The position numbers and the translations under genes were made by a program. A model generated the notes under the pieces. That model had not been told where the DNA came from. It saw only the letters and a program-made list of their open reading frames with translations, and did not search any database. 64,000 nt of DNA from Fimicolochytrium jonesii. Lineage: Eukaryota. Within the stretch, counting starts at the first letter, position 1; the number at the start of each line of letters is the position of its first letter. Positions 23,324 to 38,005 of the stretch are shown one piece after another. The stretch lies in the NCBI RefSeq assembly GCF_025526975.1, contig NW_026515669.1, forward strand, positions 1,674,001 through 1,738,000, in the 5' to 3' direction.

Positions 23324-25096
23324 CTACACGTCCGTGACATTACCGACGATGACAGTGCCCACCGAGTCCGTCCGTGGTGGAGCCGGGGGCGCCTCATCCG
23401 CTCGGGTTGCCGCGACGGTCCCGTCATCGAGAATCGCAATGACCTCGACTTTGGGCGCCTCAGGATTTGGCGGGGGGATGTTCTTAACAAACATGATCGC
23501 GCCAAAAAGTGCAAGGAGAACGATCCCCGATGCGGTCCAGATGGCAGCGTGGTACCCGTTCATCAACGTTTCATTATCGGCCGTTTCCGTGTCCGGTATG
23601 ACGGAGGTGGCGACGACGGTAGTGATAGCGAGTCCGAGTCCACCTCCAATCTGGAACCCGGTGTTGAGGAGCCCGCCGACGATTCCGACCAGATGCATGG
23701 GCGCGACGCTTATCGCGACGACGGAGGCGGAGACGTAGGTGGAGGACATGCCGAGGATGCCGACGATGAAGGCCGGGAAGAGGATAGACCAGTACTGGTC
23801 TTCGTGGCGGTAGAATCCGAGGATGATGTTGCCAACGGTGCCGAGGGCGAGACCGCCGACGAGGGCCATCTTGGGGTTGAGGTAGTGAAGGATCTTCTCG
23901 CCAAAGAAGAGTCCGACGACGGAGGCCATGATACCCACGGGTAGGTAACGCACCGCGGTTTGCAGGGCGTCGTAGCCCATGATCTGCTGGAAGATCAGGG
24001 TCATGAAATACAGGTATGCCTGGAAGTACGCCATGACGCAGGCGGCGATGGCGAATGCGGGGGCAAAGTTGGGGAGTTTCCAGATGGCGGGCGGCATCAG
24101 CGGGCTGTCGACCTTGAACTCGACGAATATGAAGGCGGCGAACACCACGATGGAGACGATGAGGAGGGAGATGATGAGCGGGGAACCCCAGCCGCGGCTG
24201 TTGGCGTCGGTGAGGACGAAGACGAGGAGGAGCATAGAGCCGGTGGAGAGGAGGCCGCCAAACCAGTCAATTGATTGCTTCTTCTCGGGGGCGGTCACCG
24301 GTGAGACGAGCGATTCGTCGCTGGCGTTTGTTGGGGCCTTCTTCTTCTCTTCCCCGGGCAGATCCGCTGGGATGACGACCACGCCGATGACGAAGAGAAT
24401 GGTGGAGATGATTGCGGAGAGGTGGAACATCCAGCGCCATCCTAGGGAGCTCTGAGTGACGGAACCGCCGATGATGAGACCCACGACGAAACCGACGGCT
24501 CCGGTGGAGGAGAACATGGCCATGGCGCGGTTCCGGGAGCGTCCAATGGGGTAGACTCGTAAAATGAGGGCGATGGCGTTGGGGATAGTGGCTGCGGCAC
24601 CGACGCCTTGTAAACCACGAGCAATGATCAACATCGTCGATGATGTCGACAAACCAGACACCACTGCAAACACTGTAAACCATGCCAGTCCAGCGACGAA
24701 GAACTTTCGGTGGCCGTATACATCGCCGAGACGACCCGTGAGTAGCAAGAAGCCACCGAACGTGAGGGCATACGCAGATATCACCCACTGTGGAAAGAAA
24801 GCAAAGAAACTTCAAAGTCAGCTATTAAGGTCGCCAGCATGATCCCACGGTGAACCTGTGCCTACCTGCAGGGAGCTAACGGAAAACCCTAGATCCTTGC
24901 GAATCAGGGGCAAAGCGACGCTAGCACCGGACAAATTTATAGCATCCAGCAGTTGAGCGAGGCAGAAAGTTGGCAGCAAGAGAGGGCTCAATTTCTGACG
25001 GAGACGTCCGAGTGCCGATGCGTCAACCAGTGTTTCTCCGCTATCGACCAAGGCGACCTTTGGCTGTTGATCCGAGTCCTTTGTTGTTATAATCAT
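23324..25096 (-). CDS. MFS drug:H+ antiporter (DHA2, 14-TMS EmrB/QacA-like); intron 24788-24865
   Basis: LAQLLDAIN, LQ|WVISAYALTFGGFLLLTGRLGDVYGHR, ARGLQGVGAA, GWRWMF, IDWFG, PLMPPAIW. Confidence 0.95.
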
Positions 25097-27215
25097 GGTT
25101 GCCGAGCGTAAAGGTAGGCAGTGGAGGTTGAGGAATAGAAGGTTATAAAGTGCGTCAGGATAAAGTCGGCAAAATGAAGTTGGGCGGTAGTGTTGGCCGG
25201 TGGTGTAGCAAGAAGCTAGAGTGAAGTGGAGTGAACTGGACTGGAAGGGAACTGGGACACTTGGTCTCCGTCTTTATATCCCGCACAGCGAGACAAGCCT
25301 GCTATTCCACCGACACAGGTTTCACGTCAGGACGGACCAGTATCGAGAAAGAACTGCAGGGGCCTGTCTGTATTGTATGCATCCTCCTGTGCAGCTTGGC
25401 CACGTATGGATGGGTGTTGCCTGCTTGCCCGAGTGGAAAAGACGAAAGAAAAGCCATTGGAATTAGTAATGGCCGAACGCGTCTGCGCAGAACCCGCGAT
25501 GCAAAAAATTCATGTTTGTTCTGTGGGGGGGCGATCTGCCGGTAACGAATCGCCGAATTAAATTATTCCCACGAGCAGCCGGCGATCGACGCTAAGATTC
25601 CTAAGTCGCACCCTTATTAGCGTGTGAACACTGAAGAACTGCCTCCCTCACGACACTTACCGAGTATCCAGATTCCAGCCCGTCGGGCAAAGCAGCCACC
25701 CACGAGCCCGTGGACTCGGTGCGATCTCCTCGGGGTCCGAAACGGCGCAGTCGAACTTGTCCACTGCCAGTGGGTATGATCTCGTAAGGTAACTGTAACT
25801 AAGGTTGAAAGCTGCCACGCGCACGCATCGCGCAATATGATAGCAGATGGAAAGTCTAATTTCTAAGCAGACCCCAGATTCATCCCTTTTCCCAGTGGTT
25901 CGCGATACACGAACAATCGTTCGATTCTGGATTCGATAGCGGAAACGCCAGTGAAGACTACTACCCGCAAGCTCTCGTCATAGAACTCCGGCAATACATC
26001 AAAAAGGATGGGAGCTCTCTGGCAGATGGGACAGAGGAGCAGTGGACGTTTTGTTTCACTTCGGCGTGATGGAAGAGGGCGTTTCGATGGGACGTTTGTA
26101 TTTGGGAATATGAACCGTCGAAACCTCATCTGTCATCTTGTCCGCATGCAGGTTTCACTTTGGACACCATTGAGTTGTAGAATCAGGGGGGGCCAGCGAA
26201 TTTCTATGGTGTTCCACCGGGAGGTTCGCGACGTCAAACTGCTTTAACGCGATAAACTCAGCGAAGGGCGGTTGGAGCAAAGACGGACTCGGTAGTTCCC
26301 TTGCGTGGTTGCCGACGTGTGGGACTCGCAACCCACACAGGGCGAAGGATCGCGTATTCAAGATGCAACTCGGTTCAGAGTGCCATCGGGAAGGGAAGGG
26401 AAAGGGGTGAGCTTTGGTCTAGCTAATTATCTACGTACCCAACCGCTGTACTGCACCACTCTCCTTTCTACGTACGTATCTACCACAAGGGAGCGGGATT
26501 CTGCTCCCATGGCCCCACATTCCACGTGGGTCGATGACCTCGATGTAGGGAATTTTGATGCTGAAGGAAGCTGAAATTGGCGCCACCTTGAATACCTCGG
26601 TCAACGATTGGGCGTTGAGGGGGGGGGGGGTGGGAAGTCAGGGTGATAAACGCTCCAAAACCTTTGCCAGTCAGTGGGTCTTGACCAACGGCGGTAAGCG
26701 ACCAAACTGCACCGAGAACAACGGGATCGAGTCGTCTCAGTAGGCAGATGCTTTCGAAGTGAGTTGACGCGGGAGAAAACGTCGCACGCCGGGGATAACG
26801 CGCAACTTTTCTGTCCGTAAGTGGGGTCTGAAGAGGCGCGTCCGATCGCACATGCCAAAGACGCAAACGTCAGAGGCCCCTCACATATATTGTTGACTTG
26901 ACCCCCCAGCGGCCCGCCCACCAAGCACCCGTCCGCGGATACTGACAGCACAAGCAAAAATCATATGCAAAGAGCCAACAACAGCCCCTGGCCAGAAAGA
27001 ACCCTTCAGCAGCAGCGGCTCAACGCAACTCATAATATATACCCCGACCCACCGTCGACCCCGTAAAGAACCCCACACAGGTGCCCCCAGCCCAAAGGGA
27101 AAGTCTGGGAAGGAGTAACATCTCTGCACCGCAAAATCCTCAGCTCGGGCAATCTCGGCAGCTTCAAAAACACACCCCAATCCGGAAAAAAACCGTCAAA
27201 CAACTCCCCACCCAA

Positions 27216-29226
27216 ATGACAATCCCACAACCGGTCGCAGCAGCCGCCGCCGGCATCCCCTCGTCGCACTCCCACCACCACGACGACCAACCCCCCGTCC
27301 GCTACGTCCCCGTCTACGGCGCTTCCGCCCCGCCATCCCCAACACCCACAACATGGTTCTCCTACCTCACCTACATCCTCGCACTCATAGGCCTCCTCAC
27401 ACTCGTACTACGCGTGTTGGGTGCCAAAGCAAGGTCAAAAAGCTCGAGGAAGGGAAAGAGGAGAAAGTCCGTGTCTTCAGGGACTTCTAAGGCGAAGAGT
27501 GGTGGTGTGAAAAGTGCTGCTGGGAAGGCGGGAGGTATCACGAGGAGTGATGGGACAGTGGTGAATGGGGACGGAGTGGTAAGGAGTGTTGTGAAGGCTC
27601 CGTCGCCGTTGAATTATAATCAGAGGCAGTTGAGCACGAATGATGTACACTTTGAAGAGGATGATCATGAGGAGGAGGATTCTGAGGAGGAGGAGGAGGA
27701 ATCGGAAGATGAAAGAGGTGAGTACGCGAGCGGCGCGAGCCATGTTGCGCGGAGGGCGCAATACTTCCCTCATCCGCCCGTTTGTTGATGGGCGGTCGGC
27801 GGTTCGACGATTGACAGTTGATGGTTGATGGTTATATGGTTGATGGTTGTTGATGGTTGACTAATGCCATGTGATTCATTCCAGACTACGGGCAAATCAT
27901 AAGTGAGTCGATGACAAACGCCATGGTACAAGGCGCCGTTCTGCTCAAACGAAGCCCAATCCCCGACATGATGGTCTCCCTGACCGGCTACGGGCTGGAA
28001 GGTTACAAACGGGTCAACACGGCTTTCGGCGTTGAAGAGAAGATCGTGCACGCCGGTCAAAAAGCCGTATCGGCAGGAATCACCGCCACGGGAATCTTTG
28101 CAAACGCCGCCATACGCGCAGGGCTGGCTTACCAAATGGCACCTGGCCGGCGAGAGAAGGAGACTGCGATGCAGATGCTGGCTATCAAAGAGGCGGAAAA
28201 GGCGGCGGCCGCCGCTGGGAACCAGCCTGTGAAGATCGTGCGCGTTATTGCAGATTCACTGCCGGGTGGTATACCGCCACCCCAACTCGTCGACGCAGGG
28301 ACACAGACCGATTGGCCCATTGACCAGTATATCCCAACGACGCTATCAACGCGCTCTGGCAAAGGTGGCAACTCACCCCAACGCGGCACCCTCGACGCCT
28401 CAGCCGACCCCGGCGACGGCACGGTCCGCGGCGTCCTGGCCTCCTACCTCGACTCTTCCCTCCGCGTCGCCGGCAACGTCGTCACCGCCGGCAGCGAAGC
28501 CGTCCTCGGGAAAGAACGCACCCTTGTCCTCATGGGCGTCGACCCGATCGAAGCGCGCCGCATCGCCCGCCAACCCGCGAAACAGGTCAAGACGGATGAG
28601 AAGGATGACGGGTTGTTGCCGGAAGATGGGAACGTGGTTTATGTCAATGTGGGTGGCACCTTGTTTGCGACGACACTGGAGACGCTAACGACGGCGTACC
28701 CGGATTCGCTGCTTGCGGAGTGGTTTGGGGATGAGGCGAAACGGGCGTCGTTGGAGTTGAGGGATGGGTGTTATTTCGTGGATCGCGATGGTTTGTGCTG
28801 TCTTTTTGCTCACACTGATATGTCAAGTTGCCACGGAAACTAAAATGCAAAATCCCTTTCCACACAGCAACGCACTTCCGCCACATAATAAACTACCTCC
28901 GCGGCCTCCCCTCCCACCTCTCCCTCTCCCGCACGCCCCCAGCCCTCCTCGAACTCGCCCTCGAAGCCGAATTCTACCGTCTCCCCGACCTCGCCTCCCA
29001 ACTCCACGACATGTACGAAGACGCCCTCCTAAACCCGATCGCGCAGTTGGACGACGACCAGATCGAGGAGAAGGGGTGGCGCGATGTGGCGGGGCTTGTG
29101 AGAGGGGTTGTGGGACTGGCGTGGAGGATTGGGAAAGGGAGGCTTAGGAGACGAAGGGGGGTTGTGGTGGCGGTGGTGAATGCGGCGGTTGTGGGGGTGG
29201 TTTTGGCGGCGCTGTGGGTATATTAG
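27216..29226 (+). CDS. BTB/POZ (KCTD/T1-type) domain protein with hydrophobic N- and C-terminal segments, multi-exon; start uncertain
   Basis: VYVNVGGTLFATTLETL..YPDSLL...YFVDRD|ATHFRHIINYLRG...LALEAEFYRL. ORFs 27081..27788, 27911..28843 and 28828..29226 are joined by probable introns. Confidence 0.8.
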
Positions 29227-29638
29227 GTTATGATGTGTGCGCGGGAGGGTTTTGATGGGAAGGGGTGGTTGTTCTGGGTGTGGCTCTTTTTGGGAATGTA
29301 TCTTTGCTTCTTTACGATAGTTGCAATAGCTTGATAGTGCGATAGTGGGTTAATCCGAAATCATAATCCTTCCCTCATAATACGACGACATAATCATTTG
29401 AAATATTGCCAAGATAAATAAGTAGAACGGAACACAACACAAATGTATACAATGAAAAGAAGGAAAGAACAAGACCGAATAAATACTGCGAAAAGTAAGC
29501 TAGCGTCCATAACCCGATAGCAAGAAATGCGGGGCCGTCATCTCAAAGAAAAGAACCGAGTAATTTACAAAAAAGTGGATTAAATAACGTATAAGAAATC
29601 TTGAAATGTGTGAACGGTGTCCTTCCAAAGTTCAACCC

Positions 29639-30732
29639 TCAATGGCTCCCCGGGCCCCCCAAACCATGCAAATCATCCACCAACGAAGCCTTGGTGAACC
29701 TAAACGCAACCAAATCGCCCGCCACGCCATTAATCCGTCCCAAATCGGTGCCGCCGGCGGCGCGGAGGATGTTGTCGACGATCTTGTTCTCGAGGGCGCG
29801 GTTGACATCGTGGAGGAAAATGTGCACTTCGGAGAGCTTGTTGGCGCGCAGGCAGTCTTTGGCTTTTTGAACGGACCAGTGGGTGGCTTCATGACGGCCG
29901 GGTTGGTCGGGTTGGTAGCCTTGGGGGGCGTCTGGAGGGGTGAGGGGATTGGAGCGTGAGCCTATTTTTTGGACATCATGAGAACGATCAAGGTTCTTTT
30001 CAGGAAGAGATACCGACCGACGAGAATGACATCCCAGCACACATTCTGCACCTCCTCCGGCAACTGCAGCGACGTCGGGCTCGCAAAGAACGCGTCGGAG
30101 GTCGCGACCGTCGACGTATACTTGTCAAAGAAATGCACCTCCAACGACGGGTACGCCGCCGACACGGTATCGATCCACGTCTGCCAGTTCTCCACAAACG
30201 CCGTGCGACCCCTCCGAGCCGCCAACCCCGACCCAGGCGACGCATGGGGGGGAACGAAGCAGTTCGCATTATCCCACAGCGGCGAGTCGTGGCCGAGCCC
30301 CCAGACCAGGAACCGGTGGTCGCGTTTGATCCCGCCGCGGGTGGTGAGCGCGTACGCGGAGGTCTGCACGGTGGTTGCGATCCAGAGCAGCTGCTCGAAC
30401 GACAGTTGGGGCTTGTTGGTCGGGTTCTGGGCCGCGTCCTGCAGAGAGCGGACGTAGTCGGTTCGGCAGGCTGGCGCGGCCTGGTTCTCTTTATGCTCCT
30501 GCGCAGCGGCGTCGTCGGCGTGGAAGTCGTCTGTTAGGGCCCATTCGGGCGCGGGGTGCGAGCTGAGGGAGGAGGACTTTTCCGCGATGGTGTCGATTAG
30601 CTTTTGGGCGTGGTGGTGGTTGTGGGGGAGCGCGAGGTAGAGGAGGGTTAGAACGATGACTGCGGCCACTGCGACGCGTGGGGAGAAGCGGGAGGTCTTG
30701 TGGGATGGATGGTTCACGCTAGGCGGCGCCAT
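29639..30732 (-). CDS. DUF579 / glucuronoxylan 4-O-methyltransferase (GXM/IRX15)-like type II membrane protein; intron 29932-30017
   Basis: N-terminal TM anchor; FLVWGLGHDSPLW..AN, RTAFVEN..W, LPEEV....WDVILV|DAPQGY.P..PGR, IFLHDVNR..E. Confidence 0.9.
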
Positions 30733-31807
30733 TGCGATTGTTGGCTTTTGGTGTGAGATGAGGGTCGGTTGATGTATGCGAGAGTCCCAATGTTCTAGGC
30801 TTCTGACGAAACAGCTGTTCACTACGTGATGGTGTGATGAGTTCAGAATCTGTCTGGGATGGCGAGAGTAAGAGTTGAGGAAAGACCTGAGGGACGCGTG
30901 CGCAGCGTCTTCACTCTCTGTCCTTTTCCGACTTTCAGCCTAACTGACGTACCTGCTGCTTTATGTCAATGCTGCGTTCAATACTATATACAGAAAAAGA
31001 TGCTGGAGGATTCCGTGGACTTAACAGGACAGAAAGAGGGCTTCTGGCTTCATGAACAGGTCTTTATATATCCGGACGCCGTCCGTCACTCACAGAACCA
31101 AAAAATTCTATCCTTCATGGTGTTCATGGTGTCTCTGGTGTATCCGATGCATTCCAAGGAGGGTAATGAGCCGTAAAAGCCCTAGGGGTGGTTCCTCGTA
31201 AGGGGACATTGGGAAATTGGAGCGGACGCGATTACTGACGCGAAACCCAAAATTGGAAAAGAAGGAAGGGTCCGGCTGGTTTGACCTGTGAACGACGGAA
31301 GACAGACGACCCCAAGCACCCTTGGCAGATGCAATCACACAGGGGAAGAGACCAAGAGGAGACACTGTCGTGAGTCCCATACTGCATTGAAATCTATGAC
31401 CGTCCCGCTAAGAAGTCACAAATGTAAAACCCTATATCCGAACAGCGGTACTGTACCTCAACATCTACGAAGGACAGTCTCAGCAAAGTGATGACACTGC
31501 ACGCATGCCATGCGCCACGTCGACGCCGCGCGCAAGCCACATGTTGCTGCCTTTGCTCTTTCCATTTTGACTTACTGCCCTTTTGACAAACGCACACTTC
31601 AACTACGAAGCTCAAGAAGCACCCCTGCCCTTGTGCTCACACTCAACCAACTCACTAAGGACACTAGATTATAGAGCCATATTCGTCGCCTGCCATACGG
31701 CACTTTGTCTACCTGGGCTGACAAGCCGCATTTACTTCAACTTCGCTTCAATTCCGCTCGCTTTCCCAGGTTCTTAACGGGCTCCAGCTCCGTCCGTCGA
31801 ACCAGTC

Positions 31808-32869
<1,062 letters not shown>

Positions 32870-33686
32870 TAAAGGTGTTTCGACGACGTTGAGGCGGTGC
32901 TGGTACACCTCCACTCAGCGCAACACCACGAGACGAACGCCCAGGGCATGGCCCGTGATGTGAGCTGTTCATGAGGATACCTGCCGGCGTAAACCAACAA
33001 ATGCTTCCTTCTGCCCTGTCGGCAATCGTTCATCATCCCAGCCAGAACTTTGGGTATTCCCCGAGTCGTCTTGCAAAATCGGTTGACCAATACGCCAGCG
33101 GCTTCACTGATTTCCAATCACTGTACATACCACACACATCTGTCGCCATCTTGGCTCCATGTTTATATGTATTTATTCACGTTCCATAGAAACGCCTAGT
33201 CAACCATCAAATAGATCATGCATGCTACATGCACCCACGTAGTGTCCCGCAAATTAGGTTTTGAAGAAATGCTGATTTTTTTAGCTATGAGAATCAGGTG
33301 GATGGATGAATGGAGCCTTTGGTTCTTATACGATATGGCGGAAAATAAGCGAAGGATGTATACTCTACGCCGAGGTATCTTTTCGATCGCTACAGGGGTA
33401 GATGGCGGCTCAAAGCGGTCGCGCCGACGCTGGAACCCGTCCTTGTTGCGACATGACTGCCCGGTCAAGGACAGGAAGCCGATCCATGGGTATGGGCGGT
33501 GAGCCCGTTGCCGGGAAGGCACCCAGCGCAGACTGATGCTATCCGAGATGAGTTACCAGCGGCCTACAGATCGTGGGGGATATTCTGCACCGTCAAAAGG
33601 TGGCTTTCCGTCGCGCACCATCGCGCTCAATCAATCGCCTTACGTGAAGGTGACCTCCCTATGGGTGGTATCGGCAAGTTCCACAG

Positions 33687-36600
33687 TCACGATGTCGAAA
33701 ATCGTTGACAATCGCATTCACGTTTCCGTAAGCCAGGAAGAACCGATCGCGATGGAGTTGTTTCCGCTGAGAAAGAGCGAAGACGGTATCCCCGCGACAT
33801 CCCCGTTCGTTCCCGGACGCGCGTTTGTCGGATCAACGAAAAATCGAAATATGCATTGATGTCCGCAGCCGGTGCAACAATCGAGGTTTGCCGAAAACCA
33901 TTCTGGGTTCAGATGAAGGAGTTAGCGCTGGGACAAGCCATGAATGAACAGGTTGTGGCTCCCACCTTGCAGGCAAGCCAAGTGTCCACCGTGGGCACAG
34001 CCTTGACACCAGACGTAGAGTCCTTTCGTGGTCCTATGACTACGAATGACAATTTGTAAGCAGCAAAACTCCGATCATAATCATGCGTTTAGGGAAAGAT
34101 CGCTGGAACTCATACCAAAGGGAACAAGGGTTGACCAACTTTCCGCAATTCTCGCATCCCCAGATCGGGCCGGACGTATTGGTCATGGGCTTGTGGCAGT
34201 GATTGCAAATGGTGTGGATGGTCGTCGATTCCTGGTTGCGTGCTTCAACAACTGGGATGCGACACGCTCGTATGATGGCGGTCGCAGGGACCCAGAGCTT
34301 GAACCTGTGGAGCAAATCTTTTGGAGAAAGGAGCAGCTCGTCAGATACGCGGAAGGACGCTCGTGCAGACACCTATATTTACCGATATATGACCAAAACC
34401 ACACTTTGACACGGTCCTCATCGACGCGTAGCTTGTTCTTCAGGATGAGTACGATGGCCACGCACATCTGGACGTTGCCCTACACATATGCCCGGTGAGG
34501 ATTCGAGGAGCTGGCCCTTATGATAGCGTACGACTGTACCTGCTCAGCATAGTACTCCAGCATCTCCCTTACAATCGGCTCGTGATTCCACGAGGGAACA
34601 AGAAAATCGCGAATGGGTCGTAAAGATTTCATCTCATCGCCTTTCAACTTCGTCTGTAGAGCTGCGAAGGGCGCGAATTGACTGGAAGCCGGGGCGGCGG
34701 AATCAGCTTTCAAGCCACTCGCCACAGAACCCGCGTCCAGGATCTTATTTGAAGTGAGGAGATCCAGAGTGTCTTTGGGCCGTCGATCCCGACTACCAGT
34801 ACTGGATCTCAGAGATTTGCCTCCAAAGCGAGATTTGTTGGCTTTGATGCCGATCCCGAACCTCGCCAGGGTGCGACGCCCTGCCCCGATTTTCAGACCA
34901 TAAGTGAACCCTTGCTCAGAGTCCGACGACGAACCATCGAATTCGGAATCATCGGAGAGGTAGCCATCATCATCCTGCTGGCCCCCGTGTGCTAGTTCGC
35001 TGGGGACCAATTCGCCCCCAACTGTAGCGTCATGTCCGTGAGAGTGGCGGAATCCGGTGTGTGAGGTGTAGTTGTTGAGCCAGTTGTCGTTTGGGGCAGT
35101 GGTAGCTTTCTCCTTCAGGAGCGCTGAATCAGATTTCGTACTTCCAATGGTGACGTTCTCCATCTCAGAGGAATCGGGTATGTCAAGTTTATCACTTTGG
35201 CCTGTCGAGGGAACCCTGTCAGTTATGCGCTTCGAAGACTTGAAAAAAGTACAAATCCGTTCATACCCAGCTGAGGGGCGCCATCCAGCCTTGGAGGATC
35301 CACCGGGTCGAACAGGGCTGACACAGGATCCCTGGACAACGAGCTCTGTCTGCTTCTCTTGGCTTGGTCTTCAGAGTTTTGATAGAAGAGGGCGGTGAGA
35401 TTGCGAGCTGGCGGCTCCGGCGTTCCATAGAGCAACTGCAAGGTTCTCCAAGTCTGTGCACTGCGGTGTAGGCCTAGCTCAAGTGCAAGCTATATGTGTT
35501 GTCCGATTAGTAGCCATGCGGCGAAGATGCTGGGGATCGTTTCTTACCTGCGCGTTGGAATCGCAACTCTCCCACGGGTCTTCATTTCCAATACAGAGCT
35601 CCTCCGCCAAAATAACAAAGGCTTCGTGATGAAAGGTTTCGGTATCGGCGGTTCCCACCTTTTGCCGAGGTTTGTACTGCGCGACCTGTCGACGCTCAAC
35701 AGGTTAGGGTCCAGGTTCACCCCTGAGCTTCCTAACGGATCACCTACCCTCTCATCTTCGATGGGTTTGTCGGTAGCCGCTCGGCGCAGCGCTCGTCGCA
35801 GTGGATAGGATGGTGCAATTGGCGCCGAGCGGTTCTCCTCTGCAGGACTGTCGGATTGTCGATCATCAATAGCAAAGGCAAGCTCGCCTGCAACATTGAA
35901 TCCAGCGACGCTCGTGTTGAGGTATCTCAATGGTTCGTGAGCATCTCGGATGTCATGGCGAGCAAAAGAGCGATCCTTAGAGCATGACCACACGGTATTG
36001 GCGTCACGCCACAGGAAACCGGTTGTTACGCCGTCATGTGCGTCCAGCGTCCGCACAGGAATGTAAGGCCTGGCCACGTCCCAGGTCTGAATGCGGTAGT
36101 CGGTTGACAACGCGCAACTGGCAAGCTGCGTCTCATGCCCTGGCCTCCAACTGACTCGCGCGACGGGCGCAATGGTTTGAATCGTGTACAAAGGTACGCG
36201 GCTGACGGATTTCATATCCCACACCTGGTCATATGTCTATATGAGTGCGATGAGTGAGAAATAGCAGTTCAACTTCGGGCTCCAACCTTGATCAGCCGAT
36301 CCCTCCCTCCGCTCGCAGCCCATCTCCCATCGGGATGCCAATCGACCGCTAGGGCAAAGCCATTATGCGCATTCCACTTGCGTTCATACTGGGTGGGAAA
36401 CCTGATGTCCCATTTCTGTAGCGAAGCGTCCTCCTTCAGTAAAGCTTCTTGTGGGCGAACAATAATATCGTTCTGCATACCTGGACATTCCCGTTTTCAA
36501 ACGCAGCAACAAACTCGAATGGACTAGATGGGCTGAACTGGACGTCGCGCACACTCTCCGCCTTCCCTTCAAAGCTGTTTCGAGCGATGCTTTTTGCTCG

Positions 36601-37510
36601 CAGGTCCTAGATGTTCCGACTCCTCAGTCACCTTGACGTGAGCGCTACGAAGACATAGAATCATTCACTAACCCACAGTCTCATCGATCCATCCTGCGAA
36701 GCACTCAGTAGTAGCACAGGCTCGGTCGGATGAAAACAAATGCGGTTTACCGCTCGCATATGTTCCGTGAGGATCCGTTCTGATGGCGGAGAACGAACTC
36801 CCTGTTACACCTCCCCTCTTCCACGTGGTAGACGTGGGAATGCGAGCACCCACCAAGCTTTTGTACATTTGGCCGGTTCAAATCCCAGATTGCTACGGCC
36901 CCATTCGTGGCAGCGGTAGCGATCGTTCCTTTGGCAACTGTGTAGTTTGTCGTCCACCAGATTAGCAAATCCGTCACCAGCAACCTATCTGTAGAAGTCC
37001 CTCATAGGACACCAATGGTACGCACAAGCATTCCCCCACTTCACATCGTTGATATTGGAGCTGAGGTTCAACTTGACTCCACTCCGCAGATTCATCACCT
37101 CCTTCACCTCAGACTCATAGACTGACAAGATCTTCAGCACTAGAAGGAGTACACCAAGTAAGCGGTCGCCCACAACCGACTCGCAAGTGCGGAAAGAAGC
37201 GTCCTCCACTTGCCTTCCCTCCCTGCTACAGCCAACCAGTCCTGCTCCGGCGAGGCTGCCAAGGCATTCAGTCCAGCATTCAAGCGATAACGCAGCGATG
37301 GATCTACGATGGTGTCCAAAGCGTGCTTCCCAGCGCCGGGAGTAGCCTGGTCACTCGAGGTATTTGCGTAGACCGGGACATCTGTTTCGCCAAACACGAT
37401 GGGACGGCGGTGAGAACGGGGTGCGCGAACGTAAATTATGGTCAAGTTAGTTTAAGCCGGAGGATAAGCGCTCATGAAAGTCGCCTACGCAACGGTATCC
37501 ATCCTTCCAT
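33687..37510 (-). CDS. RTC1: GATOR2/SEACAT subunit WDR24 (Sea2/Rtc1): WD40 repeats + C-terminal Zn/RING region, many introns; start approximate
   Basis: AVAGRE, NDVKW, IATAATNGAV, VRDVQF, AHNG..LAVDWHPDG..ASGGRDR, GNVQMCV, WFWSYI|DLLHRFKLW, C-terminal CHR..KGLYVWCQGCAHGGH..C...W...GCGHQC. Confidence 0.9.
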
Positions 37511-38005
37511 AAGGCCATGTCTCTCGACCCAGCCGGTTTTCAAACGTTCAATTCCATAAGATAGCGTACCTGATCTAGTGCCTTTTCCCGTCACAATGCT
37601 CGACAGCACGGCCTTTTTCATTATCACGGCAGGCCCATTCCGACGCCGTATTCAGCTGGTGGGAAGTCGAAGAACCTTGGGCGCCGGATGTGTGGGTGAT
37701 GTCTCGTTTCCCAGGGTAGTTTTGGCAAGGAAAGAACAACCGCAGTTCAGTCGTGACGTGATGAGTTTCGCGGATGACTTGTGAGCCCTGTGGACCCAGC
37801 CAAGCCTTAGTGGAACAAATCAAAAATCACAAACAGAGAATGGGATTCGAGGTGCAGCAGCATGGAGAAAACGATGCGATATATAAAGACTCTGTGTAAA
37901 TGTACAATTGTTCCATAAGGCGGGGATGTTGGAATAGATTAAATCACATTCGGCCGAAACTTCGATGGTCGATGGGTTGGCAAATGAATTCGCTCGCCCC
38001 GAGCC

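Noticed and set aside
27783..27860. GTTGATG repeats
   Set aside because: A simple intronic microsatellite with no further structure.
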